A stretch of 45,940 nucleotides of DNA, taken from positions 1 through 45,940 of the forward strand of contig JAUILB010000001.1 in assembly GCA_030432815.1 (NCBI GenBank). Reading direction: 5' to 3'. Below, in pieces: positions 29,907 through 38,667 of the stretch (positions are counted from its first letter, which is position 1; each line of letters starts with the position of its first letter). The notes below the pieces were generated by a model. It was not told where the DNA came from. It saw only the letters and a list, made by a program, of their open reading frames with translations, and made no database searches. Both the position numbers and the translations under genes were made by a program. The stretch comes from Alphaproteobacteria bacterium (GTDB lineage Bacteria; Pseudomonadota; Alphaproteobacteria; Sphingomonadales; Emcibacteraceae).

Positions 29907-32113
29907 GCTATGCTTTCTTTCATCAAATTTTTCTGAAAATCGATAAACCCTTCCTCGTCAATAGGACGGCAAAAATGATACCCTTGAAGAACGTCGCAGC
30001 CTTTCTCATTCAAAATTCGGACGTGTTCTTCTGTTTCCACACCTTCACCAACAACGACCAATCCCAAACTGTGTCCCAAACGGATCACAGCGTCGGTAAT
30101 GGCGGCGTCATCGTTATCCTCATGAATATTGCGAATAAACGACTGGTCAATTTTTAATCTGTCTACAGGGAATTTTTTCAAATAAGCGAGCGACGAATAA
30201 CCGGTGCCGAAATCATCAATTGATAAATAGACACCCAGTGCTTTAAGCTGTTCTAGTTTAGTAACAACGTTATCAGTATTTTTAATCACCATACCTTCCG
30301 TTATTTCAAGTTCCAGCCATTTAGGATTCAGGCCCGAGGTGTTTATGGTATCTTCTATCGTTTGGACAAAGTTTTCCGCATGAAATTGTCTGGCGGATAT
30401 ATTGACACTTATGCGTATTTTTTGAAGACCCTGGTCTTGCCATTTTTTTGCAGCTTTACAGGCAGTATTTAAAACCCATTGACCAATAGGGATCATAAGC
30501 CCGCAAATTTCTGCTACCGGTATAAACTCGTATGGCGGAATCATACCTTTTTCACTGTGGTTCCAACGGATTAGGGCTTCTGCGCCGACAATTTTATTAC
30601 TGGTGGCATCAAACTGGGGCTGGTAATGAAGCAGAAGTTCATCATTTTCCAATGCCTTATTCAGATCGATTTCAAGCTGCTTTTGTGCTTTTGTTTCCGC
30701 ATCCATTTGTTCATCGTAAAGTCGGAATAAACGTCTGCCATCATCTTTTGCCTGATAAAGAGCGACGTCAGCCATACGAATTAATTCAACCGGCGTATCG
30801 GCATCATTCGGGAAAAAGCTTATGCCGATACTGGTTCCTATCTGTAATACATTTCCATCTATTTCAGCCGGTTTTTGAATGCTGTTTATAATCCGGTCGG
30901 CGATCAGGATAATATTTTTATCATCTTCAATATTTGTAAGTATGATGGCAAATTCATCACCTCCCAGTCGTGCTACCGTGTCCACTTCCCTTGCACAATT
31001 TTGCAATCGTTCAGCCACTACCTTTAACAGCTTATCGCCTGCAGCATGACCAAACAGGTCATTTACCGGTTTGAATTTATCCAGATCAAGTATCATTACG
31101 GCAACCTGTTTTTTCAAACGTCGCGCCATTTTAAGGGCTTCGTCGAGCCGTTCTGATAACAGGTTTCGATTGGCAAGTCCGGTGAGACTGTCATGCCACG
31201 CCATATGCCGGATCAGTTTTTCGGCTTCATATTGTTCAGACACATTTCTAAAAAGCACGGTGTAGTGTTTTTCCTGCTCAAGAAACACTTCGCGAATATC
31301 AATCTTTAATGGAAGGGAAGAACCATCTTTACATCGCCCCATTTCATCTGCTTTATAGATATTTACCCCATCCACTTGTTCATTCAGAATATCACGAATA
31401 TTTTTAGCACTCGTGAAAGTCTCAGAGGTAAGTAATTCCTGAAGCTCCATACCCATAAATTCAGATGGCTGGTAACCAAAGATTACCGACATAGCGTTAT
31501 TGGAAGATACAATTGAGCCATCAGCATTCAACATAACAAGACCTTCTTCCATCGCATTCAAAATAGTCTGGATGCGCTGAGCGGAGTTTGCAGCTTCTTC
31601 CTGCGCGACAGCAAGATCTTCTGCCATGCTGATAGCTTCGCGGGTTTGTGATTCCAGATATTCCTTTGCCGCTTGGAATTCAATCAATTGGTGATCCGAG
31701 CGATTTTCAGCCTGGCTGAATGATAAAACCATTCCAACAGAAGGAAAAAATTGAGCTCGGATATTCAGGGTATCTTCGTCGCTTACATGAAATTTATATT
31801 TCCAGTTGAATGAGTTATCTGATTTAGTCTCCTCATACATTTCCTTCATCAGCGATACTGTAAGGTTGTTTTCGTTTTGCAATTCTTTGTTTTGCAATGC
31901 TGTTTTAAGAAGACTATCTATCGGAGCTCCATTGATATCATCAACAGCAATATCAAGGGAATTAAGTAATTCGTGGTTCCATTTAATCAGACATAAATGG
32001 CTGTCAAACAGCGCAACACCAACAGGTAAACTATCAATAATAGCCTGCAGCTCAAATAAACCCGAGGATTTATTTTGATTAAATTTCCTCATGCTGTTAT
32101 TCAATTGGTTCAT
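29903..32113 (-). CDS. PAS-PAS-GGDEF-EAL diguanylate cyclase/phosphodiesterase
   Basis: HDSLTGLANR; RLGGDEF with I-site REVD; AEALIRW; DDFGTGYSSL; two PAS-like regions joined by a coiled coil. Confidence 0.93.
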   Translation of the reverse strand: MNQLNNSMRKFNQNKSSGLFELQAIIDSLPVGVALFDSHLCLIKWNHELLNSLDIAVDDINGAPIDSLLKTALQNKELQNENNLTVSLMKEMYEETKSDNSFNWKYKFHVSDEDTLNIRAQFFPSVGMVLSFSQAENRSDHQLIEFQAAKEYLESQTREAISMAEDLAVAQEEAANSAQRIQTILNAMEEGLVMLNADGSIVSSNNAMSVIFGYQPSEFMGMELQELLTSETFTSAKNIRDILNEQVDGVNIYKADEMGRCKDGSSLPLKIDIREVFLEQEKHYTVLFRNVSEQYEAEKLIRHMAWHDSLTGLANRNLLSERLDEALKMARRLKKQVAVMILDLDKFKPVNDLFGHAAGDKLLKVVAERLQNCAREVDTVARLGGDEFAIILTNIEDDKNIILIADRIINSIQKPAEIDGNVLQIGTSIGISFFPNDADTPVELIRMADVALYQAKDDGRRLFRLYDEQMDAETKAQKQLEIDLNKALENDELLLHYQPQFDATSNKIVGAEALIRWNHSEKGMIPPYEFIPVAEICGLMIPIGQWVLNTACKAAKKWQDQGLQKIRISVNISARQFHAENFVQTIEDTINTSGLNPKWLELEITEGMVIKNTDNVVTKLEQLKALGVYLSIDDFGTGYSSLAYLKKFPVDRLKIDQSFIRNIHEDNDDAAITDAVIRLGHSLGLVVVGEGVETEEHVRILNEKGCDVLQGYHFCRPIDEEGFIDFQKNLMKESIA

Positions 32114-32162
32114 AGTTTCCCAGATTAATTACATAACATCCCGGAACTTTAATGAGGCAAGT

Positions 32163-32177
32163 TTAATTTTGCGTTAA
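32163..32177. promoter_or_regulatory. Candidate CtrA box
   Basis: TTAA-TTTTGCG-TTAA, 50 nt upstream of the GGDEF-EAL start. Confidence 0.4.
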
Positions 32178-32198
32178 TTTCCAATAATTTGGGATATT

Positions 32199-33023
32199 TC
32201 AGGGTGCCGAAATTGGGAAATATAGTTGCTGTTCAGATGGCTTGAAATTTTCAATAACAGAACGGGCTTTTTCAGATTTAAACCAATCAATAACCAATTT
32301 CTGGTTTTGAGCGGAAATATGAGGATGTTTTTCAGTGCTCACAGTAATAAGATGATATGTGTTTATCATATTTTCATCATTGCCTAGGAGAATTTTGTGT
32401 TTTCCCTTATTTTCATAAGTCGCCCAGGTCGCACTATCAGCCAAAACATATGCGGTTTTTTCAATGGCCACATTAAGTGTTCGCCCCATTCCGGTACCTG
32501 TTTGTATATAACGCTCCTGTTCCATTTCCTGTGGGTTATAATTAATAGATTGCCATAATTTTAATTCAGCAAAATGAGTGCCACTCTGATCGGCACGCGA
32601 TACAAAAGTCGAGCCGGATTCAATAATTTTTCTAAAGGCATCCACAGCATTGGTGCTTGATGCTATATTTGCAGGGTCATCTGCCGGGCCAATCAGAACA
32701 AAGTAATTAAACATTATTGCAACCCGCTCATTTCCATAACCAGCATCCATAAACTCAATCTCGCTCTTTGGATCATGCACCAAAATCACATCTGCATTAC
32801 CATCCATGGCTGAACGTAGTACCTTGCTGGTGCCAAACGCGACGCTATTAATTTTCAAGCCTGTATCTTTTTCAAGTTCCGGAATTATTGCACCAAGCAA
32901 ACCTGAGTCCCGGGTAGTAGTGGTTGCCATGAATAGAATGGGTCGCTCACTTTTCATATTAATCGCAAATATCACGATGGCGGCTATAGTAAATATGGTA
33001 ATGATGAGTAAACGTATAGCTAT
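32199..33023 (-). CDS. tupA: Tungstate-type ABC transporter substrate-binding protein (divergent)
   Basis: ATTTT..SGLL, ADVILVH, FVLIGP..DPA, FVSRADQSGTH, GMGRTL; start uncertain (ATA 33023 or 33017, versus GTG 32975). Confidence 0.8.
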   Translation of the reverse strand: MAIRLLIITIFTIAAIVIFAINMKSERPILFMATTTTRDSGLLGAIIPELEKDTGLKINSVAFGTSKVLRSAMDGNADVILVHDPKSEIEFMDAGYGNERVAIMFNYFVLIGPADDPANIASSTNAVDAFRKIIESGSTFVSRADQSGTHFAELKLWQSINYNPQEMEQERYIQTGTGMGRTLNVAIEKTAYVLADSATWATYENKGKHKILLGNDENMINTYHLITVSTEKHPHISAQNQKLVIDWFKSEKARSVIENFKPSEQQLYFPISAP

Positions 33024-33715
33024 AGCCTTCCTTCAATGAATTTTTTGGCTTGGGTGCTTTTTGGACTGTTAAAAAAAGCATCTGCATTGGAAGTCTCAAT
33101 CACTGAGCCATCTTCAATATATATAATGTCTTCAGCAATCCTTCGCGCTTGCATTAAATCATGACTTGCCATCACAATTGTCATGTTGCTTTCACGACTA
33201 CGCCCAATCATATCTTCTAAAATGCTGGTTGCCTTTGGATCCAGATTGGCGGTCGGTTCATCCAAAAATAGAATATCCGGTTTTAGCAGTAATGCGCGCA
33301 CAAGGGAGAGGCGTTGTTTTTCGCCACTTGAAAGTGACCGGGCGGGTCTGTCAGACATGGACTTCATGGAAAAATCTGCAAGCGCGTCCATTGCAATACT
33401 GTTCTGCTCTGATTTATGGATACCTTCCAGCCCCAGAATATAAGTCATGTTTTGTAAAACAGTCCTTCTCAGCAATACAGGTTTGGGAAAAACCATAGCA
33501 CTTTTAAGAGTGTCTTGCCCCATTGTCAAAGTTCCGGTGGATGGCTTAAGCAGTCCATGACAAATTTTTAAAAGAATACTTTTTCCTGCACCGTTTGGCC
33601 CCAGTATTACAGTTGTGCGATGTGCGAAGATTTCCAGATTAGTGCTATGAAGTGCCTTACCCTTTTCATGGCTGTAGCTGACATCTTTCAGGGAGAGTGC
33701 AATTGGATCATTCAT
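33020..33715 (-). CDS. tupC: Tungstate-type ABC transporter ATPase
   Basis: GPNGAGKS, LSSGEKQR, LFLDEPTANLDP, SHD. Confidence 0.85.
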   Translation of the reverse strand: MNDPIALSLKDVSYSHEKGKALHSTNLEIFAHRTTVILGPNGAGKSILLKICHGLLKPSTGTLTMGQDTLKSAMVFPKPVLLRRTVLQNMTYILGLEGIHKSEQNSIAMDALADFSMKSMSDRPARSLSSGEKQRLSLVRALLLKPDILFLDEPTANLDPKATSILEDMIGRSRESNMTIVMASHDLMQARRIAEDIIYIEDGSVIETSNADAFFNSPKSTQAKKFIEGRL

Positions 33716-34427
33716 TGCGATAATTCCCCTGCATAATACTGTATCGATTGCGAACCAGGTACATGAATGTTGTAATCAGTAAAGACAAGGTAAGGAGTAT
33801 AATCCCCAAGGCCATTGCCAGTTCCAGATTACCCTTACTAATTTCCATCTGGATGGATGTCGTCATTGTACGTGTGCTATGTTCAATATTTCCACCCACT
33901 ATCATAACAGCGCCAACTTCTGCGATGGCACGGCCAAAACCGGCAAGAAGGACAGTAAGCAAGCCAATCCTTCCTTCCCAAAGAAGTGTTTTAATACGGC
34001 TTGAAAATGACAACCTTAAAGAACGAAACAGTTCGTCATATTCATAATTCATGTCTTCAACCGTCTGACGGCAAAGTGCCGTTATTATTGGAAAAATAAG
34101 TAAGCATTGGGCAATGATCATTGCTTCCGGGGTATATAATAAACCAAGAAGTCCTAATGGTCCGCTTCTTGACAGTAACATATAGACAACCAAACCGGCC
34201 ACGACAGGTGGTAACCCCATAAAAGCATTTATGATGATTGTCAGAATCTTTGATCCCGTAAATTTACGAATGGCAAGAAGAGAGCCAAGAGGAAAACCTA
34301 TCAAAGTAGCTAAGACAAGGGCAGTTAAGCTGACATAGAGAGATAGCCCAATGATTTCCATCAAATCGGCGTCGAATGAAAAAATCAAATAAAGCGATTG
34401 AATAAAAATTCCTGAATTTTCTGTCAT
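33708..34427 (-). CDS. tupB: Tungstate-type ABC transporter permease
   Basis: MGLPPVVAGL, LSRSGPLG, AGFGRAIAEVGAVMIVGGNI..STRTMTT. Confidence 0.9.
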   Translation of the reverse strand: MTENSGIFIQSLYLIFSFDADLMEIIGLSLYVSLTALVLATLIGFPLGSLLAIRKFTGSKILTIIINAFMGLPPVVAGLVVYMLLSRSGPLGLLGLLYTPEAMIIAQCLLIFPIITALCRQTVEDMNYEYDELFRSLRLSFSSRIKTLLWEGRIGLLTVLLAGFGRAIAEVGAVMIVGGNIEHSTRTMTTSIQMEISKGNLELAMALGIILLTLSLLITTFMYLVRNRYSIMQGNYRNE

Positions 34428-34514
34428 ATTTGTCTTTTATGCTTTGCTTGCGGCGAATCTAGCTGCTAAATCAGCACTAGTAAACTTGAATTTAATAGCT
34501 AATTAAAGGATTAA

Positions 34515-34757
34515 ATGAATTTGGTTACAGCTGCAGATCACATATTGGATGTCAGTGGCCACAAATGTCCCATTCCTGTACTCAGATTACGACGGGCGCT
34601 TGAAAAATCTGTTGTTGGAACGGTTGTTGCATTAAAGGCCACAGATCCTATGACGCTTATTGATGTGCCCAATTTTTGTCGGGAAGCAGGTCATTTAATA
34701 GAAGATGTGGTAGAATCTGATGGTCAAATTACATATATCATCAGAAAATGCTCATAG
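34515..34757 (+). CDS. tusA: TusA/SirA family sulfur carrier
   Basis: LDVSGHKCPIP (CPxP), ATDP...DVP.FC...GH. Confidence 0.85.
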   Translation: MNLVTAADHILDVSGHKCPIPVLRLRRALEKSVVGTVVALKATDPMTLIDVPNFCREAGHLIEDVVESDGQITYIIRKCS

Positions 34758-34769
34758 CTTGGAAGAAAA

Positions 34770-35171
34770 ATGAATATTGAAGAAGTTAAAGAAACATTTG
34801 AATTCATGGATGATTGGGAAGACAAGTACCGCTTCATCATTGATCTTGGGCGCAAGTTGCCGGAATTTGATCAAAATGACCAAACCGAAGAAAACCGTGT
34901 TCAGGGGTGTACCAGTAAGGTGTGGCTTGTCTATAGTCGTGATGGGGACAATATTCATTTCAGGGGCGATAGTGACGCACATATTGTCAAGGGGCTTGTT
35001 GCAATAATTCTAATGATTTTTTCCGGAAAAACACCTAAGGAGATTATTAGTATAGACGCTAAGAAAATTTTACACGAACTTGGCTTGTCTAAACATCTTT
35101 CACCTATGCGAACCAATGGTCTTTTTGCGATGGTTGAAAGAATTAAAGCTATCGGCGAGAGTTTCCTTTAA
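34770..35171 (+). CDS. sufE: SufE family sulfur acceptor
   Basis: DWEDKYRFIIDLG, VQGCTSKVW, DSDAHIVKGL, LSPMRTNGL. Confidence 0.92.
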   Translation: MNIEEVKETFEFMDDWEDKYRFIIDLGRKLPEFDQNDQTEENRVQGCTSKVWLVYSRDGDNIHFRGDSDAHIVKGLVAIILMIFSGKTPKEIISIDAKKILHELGLSKHLSPMRTNGLFAMVERIKAIGESFL

Positions 35172-35197
35172 AAAAAGACCCCGGCATAGAGCCGGGG
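35170..35197 (-). terminator. Rho-independent terminator of the GntR-ABC operon
   Basis: Minus strand CCCCGGC-TCTAT-GCCGGGG-TC-T7. Confidence 0.85.
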
Positions 35198-35236
35198 CGA
35201 GAGGGAAGATATCGGACAAGATGGATTTCCTGTCCT
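35170..35236 (-). ncRNA. Candidate alpha-r8/suhB-like small RNA (3'-end derived)
   Basis: Minus strand hairpin GGACAGG-N8-CTTGTCC, unpaired ATATCTTCCCTCTC, then terminator hairpin. Confidence 0.5.
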
Positions 35237-35248
35237 AAAGTAAATCGA

Positions 35249-36184
35249 TTAAGCGATACTGTTTCGTTTTCTGATTTGTATGCAGCCGACAATCATTATT
35301 GCAGCAACAGCAATACCATACCAGAAGTTAGGGTCGGCAATGCTGGAAAGATATGTTCCAACCAAATCAAGCAGATCCATATTTTCATCCAGCTCAAAAT
35401 AAATTTCAAGCCTGTCACCTATTTTATCAATAAAACTGAATCGTGATTCAATTGCCTGAAGCAGATAGGAATTATCAAAAAAGATGCCCTCAAATGCAGC
35501 AATCAAAATGGGTGCAACGAATGCTAGCAGGAAAGGAGACCGCTTTGAGAAACTGGAAACCAACATGAACCAGGTGATAATCGGGAGCACCCAGAAGATA
35601 TTCACCATCGGGATAATTAAATTTAACGCCAATAAATCTATCAGGTTAATATTTGAAAAGACGATTTCCCAAGCACTAAAATTAGTGTTTATGGCAACAA
35701 ACAGACCGAACAGAATTGCTGAGAAAGCTTGTATTAGCAATGCAAAACCAATCGCAATCAATGGTGTAACAATGACTGTGGTAGCTAGCTTAACAAGCAC
35801 TTCCTGGGTATCTGAAACGGGCATTGATTTCCAGAAAAGGATGCTTTTATCTTTTCTTTCGTCATAAAGAACAGATAGAGCAATAAATATCATGCTAAAC
35901 GTAACAGCAATGCCAATTATAGCTGAAGGTAGCATTATAAATACCGTTATAAACTTTGATGCTTCTTCTGGCAGATCATGGGGCTGGGATAGATGATCAC
36001 GTATCGTTTCACCATCAACCAAAATACCGCTTCCATTGATAAGTCCAACGATAGAGAAAAAGATAATCAGCCCGGAAACGACCATTGGCGTCGTGAGAAT
36101 CGCGCGTTTGTTATCCCATAGTTCCTTTAGGAATAGGGCCTTAATCGGGCTATAGCCATTTATTGTAGTTATATTCGAAAACAT
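35249..36184 (-). CDS. ABC-2 type transporter permease
   Basis: KELWDNK, LYDERKDKSILFWKSMPVSD...VLVK, multiple TMs; in operon with the ATPase. Confidence 0.85.
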   Translation of the reverse strand: MFSNITTINGYSPIKALFLKELWDNKRAILTTPMVVSGLIIFFSIVGLINGSGILVDGETIRDHLSQPHDLPEEASKFITVFIMLPSAIIGIAVTFSMIFIALSVLYDERKDKSILFWKSMPVSDTQEVLVKLATTVIVTPLIAIGFALLIQAFSAILFGLFVAINTNFSAWEIVFSNINLIDLLALNLIIPMVNIFWVLPIITWFMLVSSFSKRSPFLLAFVAPILIAAFEGIFFDNSYLLQAIESRFSFIDKIGDRLEIYFELDENMDLLDLVGTYLSSIADPNFWYGIAVAAIMIVGCIQIRKRNSIA

Positions 36185-36211
36185 TTTATTCTCCGTTTAT
36201 TATGTAGTGCT

Positions 36212-36418
36212 CTAAATAAATAGGCATTGCCCAATGGCACAAACCATGATTTTATCTTTTGTAAACCCACTTTTTCTTTCTTCTGTTTCATTGCCGAAAC
36301 TTGACGATGTCAGCCCCCTCATGCCTATGGTGGCAATAAAAAGTAGAAAACAAATCAGACCAACATTTATAAAAGTATATATTTTCCGGTTTTTGATGGT
36401 TGCATTTTCTGCTTTCAT
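36212..36418 (-). CDS. Small single-TM hypothetical protein
   Basis: ATGA overlap with the ATPase stop, AGGAG RBS, one hydrophobic helix. Confidence 0.6.
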   Translation of the reverse strand: MKAENATIKNRKIYTFINVGLICFLLFIATIGMRGLTSSSFGNETEERKSGFTKDKIMVCAIGQCLFI

Positions 36419-37272
36419 GATTGTTCTCCTGTCATAAGGGTCACGAAAAGATCAGAAAGTGAAAGTCTTCTTACTTCTCCGAACGCCTGAAGGGTATTGC
36501 GGTCATGATTATTGAATACAAAGCTCACACGGCCGAGAGATTTCATTTCCCTGTATGGGGAAAGGGCCCTTGCTTCATCAATATGTTGTGGGTGCGGTTC
36601 CAGCACTTTCCAGGTTGAAAGCGTTTCTTCCATACTGGCGTTATACATAATTTCACCTTCTTTTATGAAGATGACATCAGTCAGGATATTCTCAATTTCG
36701 TCTACCTGGTGGGTTGTAACCAGAATAGTTCTGTCTTCGTCAAAATAATCTTCAAGAAGCTGATCATAAAAAGTTTTGCGGTATAGAATATCCAGGCCAA
36801 GTGTTGGTTCATCAAGTACAAGAATTTTTGCGTCAATCGCCATAATTAATGACAGATGCAGCTGCACAATCATACCTTTGGAAAGCTGGCCTACCTTTTT
36901 ATCCATCGGAATGGATGTACCCGCTAAAAATCCTAATGCCTTTTCACGGTTAAACTTGGGATGTACACCTTCCACATATTGAATTATTTCAGAAACTCTT
37001 ATCCATTTTGGTAGTGTCGCTACATCCGAAATGAAGCATACTTCTTTCATAAGTTGATCGCGTTGCGTGTGTGGATCAAACCCCAGCACATTAAGTTCCC
37101 CATCATAGGAACTAAGGCCGAGAATGGCATTAATCATCGTAGTTTTTCCAGCACCATTAGCACCGATTAGTCCAACTATCTGTCCTTTTTCAATAGAGAC
37201 ACTTATGTTTTGCAATGCTTTAAAGTCGCCATATGATTTGCTCAGGTTTTTTGCGCTGATATAAGTTGTCAT
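36415..37272 (-). CDS. ABC transporter ATP-binding protein (YtrB-like)
   Basis: GANGAGKTT, LSKGM, LVLDEPTLGLD, TTH; AGAGGA RBS before ATG 37272. Confidence 0.92.
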   Translation of the reverse strand: MTTYISAKNLSKSYGDFKALQNISVSIEKGQIVGLIGANGAGKTTMINAILGLSSYDGELNVLGFDPHTQRDQLMKEVCFISDVATLPKWIRVSEIIQYVEGVHPKFNREKALGFLAGTSIPMDKKVGQLSKGMIVQLHLSLIMAIDAKILVLDEPTLGLDILYRKTFYDQLLEDYFDEDRTILVTTHQVDEIENILTDVIFIKEGEIMYNASMEETLSTWKVLEPHPQHIDEARALSPYREMKSLGRVSFVFNNHDRNTLQAFGEVRRLSLSDLFVTLMTGEQS

Positions 37273-37288
37273 TGTTATGTCCTCTGAT

Positions 37289-37678
37289 TTATTCATTATC
37301 GTTTTGCGCATCAGCATCAAATGTGCCAAGTAATTCATGTATGTTCAGGCCCAGCCGATTAATCTGTTCGATTATTTTAGGCCATTCAACTTCAAGGAAC
37401 GCTTTTTGTTCCGCTTTAAGCAAGTTCTCCCGCGCTCCATCCAGAATAAACATACCTAGTCCTCTACGTTTTTCTACAAGTCCGTCGTCAACCAGTTCTG
37501 CATAGGCTTTAGAGGCTGTAATCGGGTTAATTTGATATTCAACTGCAACCTTTCTGACGGAAGGAAGAGCGTCACCTTCTGAAAGTACACCATCCATTAT
37601 CATCGCAAGAATTTTATCCTTGAGCTGAAGGTATATAGGTTTATCGTCTGTCCATTGCTCTGCCACAGTATTTTCCAA
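37289..37678 (-). CDS. GntR family regulator, YtrA subfamily
   Basis: PIYLQL, LPSVR.VA...INP.T.SKAY..L, RRGLGMF; short C-terminus; upstream of ABC genes. Confidence 0.92.
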   Translation of the reverse strand: MENTVAEQWTDDKPIYLQLKDKILAMIMDGVLSEGDALPSVRKVAVEYQINPITASKAYAELVDDGLVEKRRGLGMFILDGARENLLKAEQKAFLEVEWPKIIEQINRLGLNIHELLGTFDADAQNDNE

Positions 37679-37731
37679 TCTTACATTCTTAAGCGTCAGT
37701 ATTCTTATTGATAATTTTTTGGTGATGCGTT

Positions 37732-37959
37732 TTATACTACTGAAATATAAGTAGTTATTTCCGCATGGCTTCGTTGTTTGATATCAGTTTGATATTGGCT
37801 GACATTTGCAATAACGAAAAGAACAAGAAGTCCTAATAATTCAAACGTGGATATTATTTTTCCGTTTTCGGTTTTACGTCCATAAGAAATTGTTTTAGCT
37901 TTCGCTCCTACCAAGCCCATGAAGCCATTTCTGTGTTCGTTTGTATATAAGTTAAACAT
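37732..37959 (-). CDS. Small hypothetical protein, first gene of the GntR-ABC operon
   Basis: AGGA RBS 7 nt before ATG; one hydrophobic segment; lies between the operator/promoter and gntR. Confidence 0.55.
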   Translation of the reverse strand: MFNLYTNEHRNGFMGLVGAKAKTISYGRKTENGKIISTFELLGLLVLFVIANVSQYQTDIKQRSHAEITTYISVV

Positions 37960-38001
37960 TTTATATTCCTAAAATTCAGCAATAGTGTGTTTTAGTGTTT
38001 A

Positions 38002-38042
38002 AGTGTTGTAGTTATATATAACACTATATCAACAATAGTCAA
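38002..38042 (-). promoter_or_regulatory. YtrA-type operator overlapping a sigma70 promoter
   Basis: AGTGTTGTA-N6-TATAACACT dyad at 38002-38025; minus-strand -35 TTGACT at 38042-38037 with a TATATA -10 inside the dyad. Confidence 0.7.
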
Positions 38043-38178
38043 TAATAATTTTATCTGTTCTTCGCAATTTTTATAAAAATATTATATTTCAATAGGTTGT
38101 GTGATGTTAAAATTTTTCCAAATTGTGTATATAGGTGTTATAGTTGTGCTCATTAGGCGTAAATCAGGTGCAATATAG

Positions 38179-38643
38179 ATGCAAAAAGAATCAATTTACA
38201 AACAGGTCGAAGCGGAAATTTACCATGTTACGGAGGGTGAGAATAACATCATCGCTAACATGGCATCAGTCAGTTGTTTGCTAAATCTGGCATTTGAAGA
38301 TTTCTTTTGGGTTGGGTTTTATATAGTGGACCCTAAAAAGGAACGCGAGCTAGTGGTTGGCCCCTATCAGGGGACTTTAGGGTGCCTGCGAATTTCTTTT
38401 GATCGTGGAGTATGTGGTGCTGCTGCCCAATCCGGTAAAACCCAGATCGTTGCAAATGTCCATGACTTTCCAGGCCATATTGCCTGTGACAGTCAGACCA
38501 ATTCAGAAATTGTTGTGCCCGTATATAATAAGAAGAACGAGCTTATTGCCGTTTTTGATGTTGACAGTACAAAACTGTGCACGTTTGATGATATTGATAA
38601 ATTTTGGCTAGAAAAAATACTTAAAACGGTGTTTGAAAAATAA
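38179..38643 (+). CDS. msrC: GAF-domain free methionine-(R)-sulfoxide reductase
   Basis: WVGFY, GPYQG..GC..I, GVCG, HIACD, SEIVVP, DVDS. Confidence 0.85.
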   Translation: MQKESIYKQVEAEIYHVTEGENNIIANMASVSCLLNLAFEDFFWVGFYIVDPKKERELVVGPYQGTLGCLRISFDRGVCGAAAQSGKTQIVANVHDFPGHIACDSQTNSEIVVPVYNKKNELIAVFDVDSTKLCTFDDIDKFWLEKILKTVFEK

Positions 38644-38667
38644 ATATAAAATCAGAATGGTATACAA

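Noticed and set aside
34459-34506. Imperfect inverted repeat and TTAA-N7-TTAA between tupB and tusA
   Set aside because: No resemblance to a ModE box or Moco riboswitch; the TTAA pair abuts the RBS in AT-rich DNA and is probably chance
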